The notes under the pieces: model-generated
The model's database searches: none
Told to the model about the DNA's origin: nothing
What the model saw: only the letters and a program-made list of their open reading frames with translations
From: Candidatus Ozemobacteraceae bacterium
GTDB lineage: Bacteria > Muiribacteriota > Ozemobacteria > Ozemobacterales > Ozemobacteraceae
Assembly (NCBI GenBank): GCA_965140445.1
Contig: OZ223236.1
Coordinates: forward strand, 2,272,001-2,336,000
Direction of reading: 5' to 3'
DNA: 64,000 nucleotides
Program-made: the position numbers and the translations under genes
Shown here: positions 40,829 to 50,576 of the stretch, piece after piece
Position numbering within the stretch: position 1 is the first letter of the stretch
Layout of the letters: each line of letters starts with the position of its first letter

Positions 40829-41407
40829 ATGAAAAAATTTGATATTTATTTGTCTGGAGTAGGTGGGCAAGGAATAGGGCTGATTAGTGAAATTCTTCTT
40901 CGAGCTGTAGATCATGCGGGGTTGAATTCATGTGGGGTAGATACCCATGGGTTAGCTCAGCGTGGTGGAGTAGTTGCATCACAATTGCGAATTGGAGAAA
41001 ATATTTTTTCACCAGTAGTCCGCAAAGGTCGTGTGGACCTGGTTATTGCATTAGAGCGCCATGAGGCTTTAAGAGCAGCTGCTCCCTATTTGAAAAAAGG
41101 CGGAATCCTTGTTTATTATAATGCCGTTTGGCAGCCCCTAAGTGTCAGATTGGGATCATCTGAAGAAACTTCAGAAGAAGCCGTGGAAGAATTTTGTAAA
41201 AAGAATGATATTAAAGTCTTTAATGTTCATATCCCCAATCTTGAAGATGCAAGGATGCAGAATATTGCGTTGCTTTCATGCATAGAAAAGCATCAGTTGA
41301 TTCCTGGTGTAAAAAAGGAACATTATCTTGCTGCAATGAATGATCTCATGACTGGAAATATGCTTAGTAAAAATCTTGAGCTATTTGAATTGCAGACAGG
41401 AAAGTAG
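40829..41407 (+). CDS. iorB: Indolepyruvate:ferredoxin oxidoreductase beta subunit
   Basis: GVGGQG, HGLAQRGG.V, E..EALR. Confidence 0.92.
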   Translation: MKKFDIYLSGVGGQGIGLISEILLRAVDHAGLNSCGVDTHGLAQRGGVVASQLRIGENIFSPVVRKGRVDLVIALERHEALRAAAPYLKKGGILVYYNAVWQPLSVRLGSSEETSEEAVEEFCKKNDIKVFNVHIPNLEDARMQNIALLSCIEKHQLIPGVKKEHYLAAMNDLMTGNMLSKNLELFELQTGK

Positions 41408-41522
41408 ACCTGGACAGTATCGTTTTTCACTAATTAGTTGTTAGTTGCGTTGCAAAATAAAGCTTGACATTTTGCAGCAATTTTGGCATTCATTATGTAT
41501 TAAAGGTCTCAAGGAGATAATA

Positions 41523-42509
41523 ATGCCAAAATACGCAAAAATTATTAGTAGTGCAGCATATATTCCCGAAAACGAACATCCAAATTCCGAATTTGCTGAA
41601 AGATTTGGAGAAGAGTTTGTTTCCAAATCAGAAGGTGCAACTGGAATTCTAACAAGATTTTATGCCCCAGAAGACTGGGCGGCCTCTGATATGGCTGTCG
41701 AAGCTTGCAAAAGAGCTATGGCGGAAGCAAACCTGTCTCCAGATGAAATAGATCTTCTTGTATTAGGAACCGACACCCCTGATTACATTACTCCAGCGAC
41801 TTCTGTTGTTGTGCAGCACAAACTAGGCCTCACTAAAGCAGGCACATTTGATGTTGGTTGTGCGTGTGCGTCATTTCCAACTGGTTTGGCCATTGCTTCA
41901 GGAATGATGGCTACTCAGCCCAACATTAAAAAAGCTCTTGTTGTTGGCGTTTATATGATGCATAAGCTTGCTGATCTGGAAAATGATCCAATGAGCTTCT
42001 ACTATGGAGATGGGGCTGGTGCAGTTGTGTTATCAACTTCAGATAAACCAGGCTTTGTTTCATCTGCATTGTATGCCGATGGATCATATAATAAAAACTG
42101 GGGTATCTTTTCAGGTGGAACTTTTGAACCTGTTACTGCCGAATCATTAGAAGCAGGAAGAACTAAGGTTAGATTGGTAGAAGCTTTCCCTTCTTTTGTA
42201 AATAAAGATGGGTGGCCACAAAGAGTTCGAGAAGTTGCCCAAAATGGTAATTTCGAAATTAAAGATATTGATCACATTGTTTTTACTCAGGTAAGAAGTA
42301 AGACTATCTCTGATGTTATGGAAGTACTTGGTTTACCAGAAGAAAAAGCAGTGAAAATTATGGATAGATATGGATATATGGGTTCTGCATGTTTGCCAGT
42401 GGCTTTTGATGTGGCAAGAAAAGAGAATCTTGTAAAAGAAGGCGATCTGGTTGTATTCGTAGGTTCAGGAGTCGGATATAACCAATGCGCTGTTGCATTC
42501 AGACTTTAA
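41523..42509 (+). CDS. FabH/KAS III-like enzyme with atypical active site
   Basis: T.TPDY..PAT, FDV..AC, GDGAGA; FTQ and GYMGSA in place of HQ and GNT; ATG 41523 after AAGGAG. Confidence 0.85.
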   Translation: MPKYAKIISSAAYIPENEHPNSEFAERFGEEFVSKSEGATGILTRFYAPEDWAASDMAVEACKRAMAEANLSPDEIDLLVLGTDTPDYITPATSVVVQHKLGLTKAGTFDVGCACASFPTGLAIASGMMATQPNIKKALVVGVYMMHKLADLENDPMSFYYGDGAGAVVLSTSDKPGFVSSALYADGSYNKNWGIFSGGTFEPVTAESLEAGRTKVRLVEAFPSFVNKDGWPQRVREVAQNGNFEIKDIDHIVFTQVRSKTISDVMEVLGLPEEKAVKIMDRYGYMGSACLPVAFDVARKENLVKEGDLVVFVGSGVGYNQCAVAFRL

Positions 42510-42542
42510 AGGTTGATTGGATTCTTCAACCAACCTCTGCAC

Positions 42543-42579
42543 AAAAAAATTAACGGGCTGCGAGCAGCCCGTTTTTTTT
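42543..42579. terminator. Bidirectional terminator
   Basis: AACGGGCTGC-ga-GCAGCCCGTT with A/T tracts. Confidence 0.8.
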
Positions 42580-42606
42580 GTATTTAAACTTCTGTTTTAT
42601 TTGGAA

Positions 42607-44859
42607 CTAGAAAAGAGGTCTGAGCCATCCCATTTTGGAAAGGATTTTAATCAACCACATTTTCTTGGATTCAATTTGTTCTGGTCCAAATTCGGCTCTT
42701 CCCTCTGAGGCCAGGTGATATTCAACTGCCTTACTAATATCAAATTGAATACCTTCTCTAAGTTCCTTAGAGAAGCCTTCTGATTTTATAACCGCAACGA
42801 CTTCGGAGTTTACTTTTTCACTGAGATAATCAAAGTTGTAGGTTCCGACTATGCCGATCTGACGGTCAAAAACAAAGTTCTTGGCATGAAGTTGTCCTTC
42901 ATTTACTCTGGCAAAGATTTTCATGGATGGAATATCAGTCAGTAATGTTCTCCAATCCTTCATGAGCATTGCTTCTGTAGGAAAGCTATCTGAAGTTTGA
43001 GGGCTGTTCGTATGAACCAGAATTGGAATATTTCTCTTTCCTGCTCTCTTTAATGCCGCTTCAGCTCTTGGAGTAAGAACCACGTATGGGTTCTGAATCA
43101 AAATCTCTGTTTCACAGCCATCAATCATTTTTACAATGGTTTCCGTGATTTCATTTCTTGGTCCTGAAAGTGAGTGTTTATCAAGAATTTTTACCGGGCA
43201 TTCATAACCATATTCAAAAGGGTCGAAGCTGGAATATTGATTCATATTTTTATATTTTTTTAACTCAATCGAAAGCTTTTCATAAGTTGATTTGGAATCC
43301 TTGGAGCTTTCTGCAAGAGCATCGATGGATTCAAGATGCAAAGCTGCATCCATAAGATTGTAAGCAACTTTTAGTTGATCAGATCTGTATTTTGTCAAAC
43401 CAAACAAAGACTTTCCAACTTCAAAGGCTTTCAAAATTGAAAATTCTTCTTCAAATGCGTTCATCAAGCGACTGTTTACATACTCGGAGTCAATAATTAC
43501 ATCACAATCCCGCCATGCAGTTTCATCATCAATTGGGTCAACCAGATATTCATCAGCAATGTTTCGACCGCCAACTACAGAATATCTTCCGTCAATAACA
43601 ATTATCTTGTCGTGATTGCTGGAAATAATTCTTCTTACGTCAGTCATCATGCCGATCAAGTTGGTTTGAATTGGATTGTATACCTTAACTTCTATATTGC
43701 TTTCTTTAGCGAGTTCCTGAAGGTATCCCTTGGACATTATTTTCATGCTGAGTTTGTTTGAACCGCGGCCATCCACCATAAGCCTTATCTTTACACCTTC
43801 CTGAGCTTTCTTTAAAAGAAGTCCCAGAAGGCTAAGTCCAAAAGCATCATTTTCAATGATGAAATACTGCATGTCGATTGAAGACCTGGCGTTGCTTATA
43901 AGGTTCCAGCGGGCATACCATGCGTCATAGTTATTGTAGAGCAACCTTACTGTTGCATTCAGGTTTTCATCACGAGGAGCAGATTCCTTTTGAAATTCGT
44001 CAAATGTTACACTTACAGGTGGAACAAAAGGAGCTGCTGCAGCCTCATAATACAGCAACAAATCCGCTTCTTTATTTTGAGCATTTACAAAGGAAACTGA
44101 CTTGCTCAGATATTTAACTCCGCGAACTGCTTTTATTGGAAAAGCAAACCATGAACCCTTTGAATATGAGTTAAACGCATCTGTCATTTCTTGAAATTTT
44201 TTGGTTAAAGCTTTATGCGAGGCTTTCTTCATCCCGGTCGCGCGAACGAGGTTTAGACGTAGTTTTGCCAGATGGGAAGCTCGTTTATTTGTGCTATATT
44301 TGGCGATTGCTGCAAAGATAGTAACTGATTTTTTAGAGTCAATTGCGAGTCGTTCAAGGGCTACAGCTGTTTCATATTTGAGGGCTGTTCCTAAATCAGA
44401 TCGACCAAGCTTGCTTTGAAGTTTTTCCAGCTGGGCGATAATTTTAATAGCTTCTTCTTTGGATTCAGTTTCACGTAGGGTTTGAATTAAAGCAGAAACT
44501 TCTGGGGTAAAGCTTGCTATAAATTCCTTTTTTAAGTAAGGGCGAGAAACAGCTACTTTTAAGTTGGGGGAACTTGAAGTTGAAACTTTGTTGACTGAAT
44601 TGTTCGTAGAACTTGAATTGGCGGATTTAGAAATCTCTGCCGATGGCAATGTTCCAACATAAGCTTGTCTGGCAATTTGAAAAGCTTTTAATGCTGCCTG
44701 AACTTTAGCATCTGATTGTTTCTCTGCAATTGCTTGCTGATAGCTTTTATAGGCATTGGCATATTTTTGATAAGCATCGGAGGTTGAATCAGCATAAGCA
44801 TTTGCCGAACCTAAGTGTACCGACACCAAAAGCAATAGTATTGTAAATATCTTTTTCAT
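42607..44859 (-). CDS. Secreted phospholipase D-family protein with long N-terminal extension
   Basis: Signal peptide MKKIFTILLL..; two HKD motifs (NHDKIIVID...GGRNI; LHAKNFVFD...GTYN); start moved to 44859 to avoid truC overlap. Confidence 0.88.
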   Translation of the reverse strand: MKKIFTILLLLVSVHLGSANAYADSTSDAYQKYANAYKSYQQAIAEKQSDAKVQAALKAFQIARQAYVGTLPSAEISKSANSSSTNNSVNKVSTSSSPNLKVAVSRPYLKKEFIASFTPEVSALIQTLRETESKEEAIKIIAQLEKLQSKLGRSDLGTALKYETAVALERLAIDSKKSVTIFAAIAKYSTNKRASHLAKLRLNLVRATGMKKASHKALTKKFQEMTDAFNSYSKGSWFAFPIKAVRGVKYLSKSVSFVNAQNKEADLLLYYEAAAAPFVPPVSVTFDEFQKESAPRDENLNATVRLLYNNYDAWYARWNLISNARSSIDMQYFIIENDAFGLSLLGLLLKKAQEGVKIRLMVDGRGSNKLSMKIMSKGYLQELAKESNIEVKVYNPIQTNLIGMMTDVRRIISSNHDKIIVIDGRYSVVGGRNIADEYLVDPIDDETAWRDCDVIIDSEYVNSRLMNAFEEEFSILKAFEVGKSLFGLTKYRSDQLKVAYNLMDAALHLESIDALAESSKDSKSTYEKLSIELKKYKNMNQYSSFDPFEYGYECPVKILDKHSLSGPRNEITETIVKMIDGCETEILIQNPYVVLTPRAEAALKRAGKRNIPILVHTNSPQTSDSFPTEAMLMKDWRTLLTDIPSMKIFARVNEGQLHAKNFVFDRQIGIVGTYNFDYLSEKVNSEVVAVIKSEGFSKELREGIQFDISKAVEYHLASEGRAEFGPEQIESKKMWLIKILSKMGWLRPLF

Positions 44860-44987
44860 TTTTTTGTCCCCCATGGTAACCCTATACCTAAACATTCTAA
44901 GGAGATTTATCAAAACCGTCCAGTTTTTGGCATATAAATTTGTGGAAGGCTGCTTTGTACGGTAAAATCTCTCAAAAAAGGTGCTAA

Positions 44988-45728
44988 ATGGAATTGGAAA
45001 TAGTTTATCAGGATGAATTTCTGGTTGCGATAAATAAACCACCCGGGCTGCTTGTTCATAAAACAGACATTTCAGCGGAAACAGTTAATGCCATGCATTT
45101 GCTTCGTGATCAACTGAATCAATGGGTTTATCCAGTCCATAGATTGGATAGAGCAACTTCAGGAATCCTACTTTTCGCTTTAAATTCTGAAATAGCAGGG
45201 AAGGTTTGTGAGGATTTTATTTCACATGCTGTTGAAAAGGATTATCTTGCCATTGTCAGGGGAAGGCTTGAGGGAAGTGAAGTTATTGATTATCCACTTA
45301 AAGATATTCGCGATCAGCTCAAGAATAAAAAGAAAAAAGTCACTAGACCTCCTTTGGATGCAATAACATTTATCAATTCGATTGGGACTTCCGAAATCAA
45401 TTTTGCTGTAGGCCCCTATGAGAAATCCAGATATTCAATTGTAAAAGTCCAGCCTAAAACTGGCCGTTATAGACAAATAAGGCGACATTTGAAGCATATC
45501 TTTCATCCTGTGATTGGCGACGTAAGGTTTGGAGATGGGAAGCATAACCTTCTTTTTCGCGAGCAAATTGGTAATTCTCGTTTGCTTCTCCATGCATATA
45601 AGTTAAAGTTTATGCACCCGGCAACCGGCCTTGAGGTAATTTTGCGAGCAGAACCAGACGCCGATTTTTACAAAGCTGCTGAGTTTGCAGAACTTTCCGA
45701 TTGTTTGAATAAAGCAACTCAGGAGTAG
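44988..45728 (+). CDS. truC: tRNA pseudouridine synthase C (RluA family)
   Basis: AINKPPGLLVH, VHRLDRATSG, SRYS, PKTGR.RQIRRHLKHIFHP.IGD. Confidence 0.88.
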   Translation: MELEIVYQDEFLVAINKPPGLLVHKTDISAETVNAMHLLRDQLNQWVYPVHRLDRATSGILLFALNSEIAGKVCEDFISHAVEKDYLAIVRGRLEGSEVIDYPLKDIRDQLKNKKKKVTRPPLDAITFINSIGTSEINFAVGPYEKSRYSIVKVQPKTGRYRQIRRHLKHIFHPVIGDVRFGDGKHNLLFREQIGNSRLLLHAYKLKFMHPATGLEVILRAEPDADFYKAAEFAELSDCLNKATQE

Positions 45729-45905
45729 GTATAGATATTTTCACCTTCAGATAGTGTACAGTGAGCGACATTATAAGTGTGTCGCATATAAATTGAAAAT
45801 TTCCCCTCTACAGAGTAGAATAGTTAGAAATCGTGGCACTTCTAAAAAATCGGATAAAAAATAGATTTTCCTGATTTGGTGCTTCGGGAAGGAATAGTTC
45901 GTAAA

Positions 45906-47390
45906 ATGAATCATACTCCAGAAATCAGCGATAAGATAAAAACGAATATTGATAAGTTGATTAAACGCGGTGCTGAATACGTAGATGTGAGGTTTCACAC
46001 CAACGATGATTCGGAAACACTGGTTCTCTATGACGGAAACCTTGAAGCCAACGATACTTCTTTTGAAAGTGGCGTTGGGGTAAGAGTTTTGAAAGGTGGA
46101 GCCTGGGGATTTGCTGCAACAAGCAATCTTGATGATTTAGAAGATTGTTTTCAGTTGGCTTTTAAAAATGCTGAGACAGCTTCCAGATTAGTGAAAATCC
46201 CTTTGACCATGGGAAAACAGCCCGGCCATAAAGGATCATATCAGTCCCCCGTGAAAATAGATCCCTTTGAAGTTTCATTAAAGGACAAACTTGATTTTAT
46301 GATTGGCCTGGATGATCAGTTGAAAGATGAATGGATTTTTAAAAGATTTGTCTATGCTAATTTCCAGAAAAAAAACGTTTTGCTATTCAATAGCGAAGGA
46401 ACAGAGATCGATCGAAAGCTCACCAACGTTTTTGCCAAGATGGGTATCATGGCCCTTGATGAAGAAGGCCAAATGCAAAGAAGAACGAAAGAACTTTTTA
46501 CTACTGGTGATGGAACTCGCGGTTGGGAACTTCTTGTTGATCCTGCGCGGTTCAGTTGCCATGTTCCTGCTATGAAAACAGAGCTTTCTGAGCTGCTTAA
46601 GGCTCCTGCTCTTGAATTTGGAAAGCGTTCAGTTATTTTGCTTCCTGGGCAAGGCTTTTTGCAGGTTCACGAGACGATTGGACATCCTCTTGAATTAGAT
46701 AGAATTCTTGGATACGAACTTTCGTATGCAGGCGGTTCATTTGTGAATCTCGATTCATTTGGAAAATTGCAGTATGGTAGTGAAAAACTTTCTGTCAGCG
46801 CATACGGCGGAATTGCCAATTCTCCCGGTACATTCGGTTTTGATGACGAAGGCTCTCCCGAGAGAGATTACCTCCTGATTGATAAAGGACGTCTTGTTAA
46901 CTGTCTTACTTCCAGAGCAATGATAAGCGAAGCTAACGAAAAAGCCGGAAGACAGATTTTTGATAAAAGCGGCGGAGCTGCAAGGGCAACTGCATTCTAC
47001 CGGGCTCCGATCGATCGTATGACTAACGTGAATATCCTTCCCGGCAACGATGGTAGTCTTGAAGATATTATTGCTTCAACCGAAGACGGTGTTGTAATGG
47101 ATTATCCTACTTCGTGGTCAATTGGCTCCAATCGTGAACATTTCCATTTTGGTTGCGAAATTGCCTGGGAAGTTAAGAATGGCAAAAGAACCAGAATTTT
47201 GAAGAACCCAACTTATCAGGGACACACCGTAGAATTTTATAATTCTCTTTCAGCGGTTGGTGATAAGTCTACATGGGAAGTTGGCCAGGTTAATAATTGT
47301 GGAAAAGGTGAGCCGAATCAGGTTATGCAACTTGGGCATGGTATTCCGGTTATCAGATTCGACAATGTTATAACCGGGGAAAGGAAATAA
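45906..47390 (+). CDS. tldD: TldD metalloprotease subunit
   Basis: GVRVL.GG.WGFA, HETIGHPLELDR, DDEG, RMTN, CGKG. Confidence 0.92.
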   Translation: MNHTPEISDKIKTNIDKLIKRGAEYVDVRFHTNDDSETLVLYDGNLEANDTSFESGVGVRVLKGGAWGFAATSNLDDLEDCFQLAFKNAETASRLVKIPLTMGKQPGHKGSYQSPVKIDPFEVSLKDKLDFMIGLDDQLKDEWIFKRFVYANFQKKNVLLFNSEGTEIDRKLTNVFAKMGIMALDEEGQMQRRTKELFTTGDGTRGWELLVDPARFSCHVPAMKTELSELLKAPALEFGKRSVILLPGQGFLQVHETIGHPLELDRILGYELSYAGGSFVNLDSFGKLQYGSEKLSVSAYGGIANSPGTFGFDDEGSPERDYLLIDKGRLVNCLTSRAMISEANEKAGRQIFDKSGGAARATAFYRAPIDRMTNVNILPGNDGSLEDIIASTEDGVVMDYPTSWSIGSNREHFHFGCEIAWEVKNGKRTRILKNPTYQGHTVEFYNSLSAVGDKSTWEVGQVNNCGKGEPNQVMQLGHGIPVIRFDNVITGERK

Positions 47391-47393
47391 GCC

Positions 47394-48767
47394 ATGCTGG
47401 AAAAAAATATAAAAGAAATAATCAATCAGGTTCGTGATGAAGCAGCTGAAAAAGGGATAGTTGCTTCTATTGCTCTTCATCGTGAAAAAAGTCATTTAAT
47501 GAGAATTGGAAACAATTCTGTGTCGCTTAATACTTCTGAATCGCTTGCCAGACTGGATGTTGAAGTTATTGATGGTAAGAAACAGGGAAGTCATACTCAA
47601 CTTGGCACAATTAAGTCGGTTGAATACGTTCGCAAAGCTCTGGAAATCGCAGTTGAAAAGTCTAAGGTGGCAAAACCGAAAGATTATCAGCCAATTCCTG
47701 TTGTTATTGAAAAAAATATTGATGAAACTGACCAATATGATGAAGCTCTTGAAAATGTAGACCCTGCTTTTAAGGCCGAAAGTTATGAAAAGATTTTCAA
47801 AGGAGTAGGGGAAGACTACAATTTTTCTGGCTCCTGGTCCAGTGGTTCAACTGAAATCTATCTTGTAAGCACTGCGAACAAGAATGAAGCTTATCACAAA
47901 GGCACTGATCAGCTTTTTAATGTGGTGTTAAAGCATCCTGTTAAGATGTGGGAGATGCGCCTTAATCAGGCTGGATGGCGTAAGGATCATTTTGTGGCTG
48001 ACAAGATAATTGAAGGCTTCAAAAAGTTAGTTCCTGTTTATGAAAACAACGGTGGCTACAAAGTTGCACCTGGTGAATATCGTGTTGCATTTGGTGCGGC
48101 TGCATTAGCTGAAATTGTTATGATGGCTACTTTTACAGGGCTTTCAGGACAATCCTGGGAAGAGAAACAGGGATGGACCGCAAAAAATCAAATCGGTGAT
48201 TTAATTTTGGGTGAAAATGTTACTATCGTCGATGACCCAACTGATAATTCAACTTTTAAGTTTGGGTTTGATTTTGCGGGACTCGCAAGGAAGCCTTTTA
48301 GCCTTGTAGAAAATGGGAAATTAACGGGTTTGATGTATGACAATCAGACTGCGGCGAAATACAGCAAAGAGCAAACTGGTCATTCTCTTGACAGTACAAG
48401 TGTTGTGATGAAAGCTGGAGATGGCGAAAAAGACATACTTGAAGCGACAAAAGGAATGGGAAAAGTTCTTTACATTCCGGCATTGCATTATGTGAATCTA
48501 CCTAACTTCAGCAAAGGTATTTTTACTGGAAGTTCACGATTTAATGCAGTTCTTATCGAAGATGGAGAAATCAAATCTCCGATTTTCTCTTCAAGGGTTA
48601 CTGATTCATTTCAGAATGTTTTTGGAAATATCTTGAAAATTTCTAGTGCCTCTGCATCTGTAAATGAATCTAACACTTATGGCAGACGTGCTCCAGTTGC
48701 TTATTCTGTTCCAACTTATATCATTTCGGATGGAGTAAAAATTACTGATTGCGCCGATTCGTTCTAG
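47394..48767 (+). CDS. tldE: TldE/PmbA subunit
   Basis: Follows tldD; PGEY.V, DDP, LVENG; lacks HExxxH as expected for TldE. Confidence 0.85.
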   Translation: MLEKNIKEIINQVRDEAAEKGIVASIALHREKSHLMRIGNNSVSLNTSESLARLDVEVIDGKKQGSHTQLGTIKSVEYVRKALEIAVEKSKVAKPKDYQPIPVVIEKNIDETDQYDEALENVDPAFKAESYEKIFKGVGEDYNFSGSWSSGSTEIYLVSTANKNEAYHKGTDQLFNVVLKHPVKMWEMRLNQAGWRKDHFVADKIIEGFKKLVPVYENNGGYKVAPGEYRVAFGAAALAEIVMMATFTGLSGQSWEEKQGWTAKNQIGDLILGENVTIVDDPTDNSTFKFGFDFAGLARKPFSLVENGKLTGLMYDNQTAAKYSKEQTGHSLDSTSVVMKAGDGEKDILEATKGMGKVLYIPALHYVNLPNFSKGIFTGSSRFNAVLIEDGEIKSPIFSSRVTDSFQNVFGNILKISSASASVNESNTYGRRAPVAYSVPTYIISDGVKITDCADSF

Positions 48768-48775
48768 CTCAAAAT

Positions 48776-48806
48776 AAAAAAGAGTCGGTTTATCCGACTC
48801 TTTTTT
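48776..48806 (+). terminator. Rho-independent terminator
   Basis: AAAAAAGAGTCGG...CCGACTCTTTTTT. Confidence 0.85.
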
Positions 48807-48845
48807 ATTTGCTATCCTGATGAAAATACAGATAAAAGGTAATCC

Positions 48846-49736
48846 ATGAGCTTTTTGGACATTAAAACATTATTCGTCTCAAATGCTTTTACCTGCATTG
48901 CTCTAGGCCTTGTACTTTTATTTTATTATTCCAGCAGAAAAACCTATCCTGGATTCTTGTATTTTATGCTGAGCAGTTTTGTTTTTTCTGTAGGTTATAG
49001 TTCAGTTTTGATGAAGGGCTTTAATATCCCGGAAATCTTACAGATTTTTCTTATCAATTTTGCTTTTTCGTGCGGAGCATTGCTTAGATTAATTGGGATT
49101 GGGCGTTTTATTGGAGCAAGCTATTTTTATAGGATCTTTTTGGGGTTAATGATTGCTACGGTTGGCTCTTGTTTATACTTTTCGGGGGGTAAAGACTTTT
49201 TGATGCTCAGAAACTTTTTTCTGAGTACTTTTATTTCGTCTGTTATTTTTTATATCGCTTTTCTACTATTCCGCAAAGCGAATGAAAAGAGAAATACTCT
49301 TTATAAAATCATTGCCATGTCTTATTGCCTTCAGGGGTTATTTTTGATGCTAAGAGCTGTTTTTTGGTTCTTTCAGGCAGACATCGGTTTATTTGATTCA
49401 TCGGTGATTCATTCAACTTTTTTATTAGCCTGCTTATGGTTGGAAATTACATTGGTATTGGGTTTTATAATGATGAATGCAGAGCGGCTGGAGATTGATT
49501 TATTGAATTCCGAAAAGAAGCAGATTGAAACTGTAAAGCTTCTTGAGCAGGCATTGTTGGAGATAAAAGTTTTAGGCGGACTATTGCCCATTTGTGCTTC
49601 ATGCAAGATGATTCGTGATGATAAAGGTTATTGGAATCAATTAGAGTCTTTTATCAAAGAAAATTCAGAAGCGGAATTCAGCCATTCTATTTGTCCTAAT
49701 TGTGCTGAAAAGCTATATCCAGAGGACTTAGACTAA
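48846..49736 (+). CDS. Multi-TM membrane sensor-like protein with C-terminal Cys4 domain
   Basis: About 7 hydrophobic segments, coiled coil, LLPICASCK.IRDDKGYW...FSHSICP.C. Confidence 0.8.
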   Translation: MSFLDIKTLFVSNAFTCIALGLVLLFYYSSRKTYPGFLYFMLSSFVFSVGYSSVLMKGFNIPEILQIFLINFAFSCGALLRLIGIGRFIGASYFYRIFLGLMIATVGSCLYFSGGKDFLMLRNFFLSTFISSVIFYIAFLLFRKANEKRNTLYKIIAMSYCLQGLFLMLRAVFWFFQADIGLFDSSVIHSTFLLACLWLEITLVLGFIMMNAERLEIDLLNSEKKQIETVKLLEQALLEIKVLGGLLPICASCKMIRDDKGYWNQLESFIKENSEAEFSHSICPNCAEKLYPEDLD

Positions 49737-49858
49737 AAAGTAAATGGAGCATCATTTAAATGAGGAGTGTGGTGGAGTTTATTTATCAAACTATCATTTC
49801 GCAAAAGGTTTTTTTCAGAATTTAATGTTCAAGAAAATTTGAGGTTAAAAGAGGCTAT

Positions 49859-50266
49859 ATGTTAAAAGGCATCAATCATGTTACCTATTCTGTTCGCGAT
49901 TTAGATGAAACATATGATTTCTACGTTACGACATTGGGATTTAAACCAGTTGCCAGATATGGGCAGGCTTTATACCTGGAATTGAACGGTTTATGGTTTT
50001 GTTTTTTCTGGCAGCCAGGAAGAAAAAAAATCGATTCCTTTGATTACACTCATATAGCGTTTGGGGTTGAAGAAAGCAAATTCTCTGATGTTAAGCAAAA
50101 ACTTGAAAAAGCTGGTGTTGAAATCTGGCAGGACAATATCAGCGAAGGAATGTCCTTTTACTTTCTAGATCCTAACGGACATAAGTTAGAAATGCATGTT
50201 GGGGATTTGAAAAGCAGAATTGAGTATCTTAAAAAAACTGAGCATGAAGGTTTAATTATTTATTAA
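49859..50266 (+). CDS. Fosfomycin-resistance thiol transferase-like VOC protein (FosA/FosB family)
   Basis: GINHVT..V.DL, DYTHIAF, SEG.SFYFLDP.GHKLE.H.GDL.SR. Confidence 0.85.
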   Translation: MLKGINHVTYSVRDLDETYDFYVTTLGFKPVARYGQALYLELNGLWFCFFWQPGRKKIDSFDYTHIAFGVEESKFSDVKQKLEKAGVEIWQDNISEGMSFYFLDPNGHKLEMHVGDLKSRIEYLKKTEHEGLIIY

Positions 50267-50576
50267 TTGAGTGAATTTGTTAACTTCATAATTTCATAAT
50301 TTCAGAAGTTTAGGAGAAAATATTAAGAAATTAAACAAATGGATCATGAAGAATGTTCTGATAAACATTGATTTTTTTTACTGTTTAAGTTTTTCCTGCA
50401 GATATTTCGGGCATAGATAAAACAAATAAAGATAAAATTAATCTATATATTTTTTGCCATGAATGGGAGCGCTGTGTAGCTAACATTTAAGTCTTACAGA
50501 TAAATCATTGGTTTTTCTTGAAATGCTAATAGCAATACATAGATTATTAAAATATAAGAGCAAATAGGATAAAAAA

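Noticed and set aside
44860..45042. N-terminal extension of the 811-aa PLD ORF
   Set aside because: Overlaps divergent truC; the signal peptide and RBS point to ATG 44859
50267..50576. Long AT-rich intergenic gap with short TTCATAA repeat
   Set aside because: No ORF, stable structure or CRISPR-like periodicity recognisable
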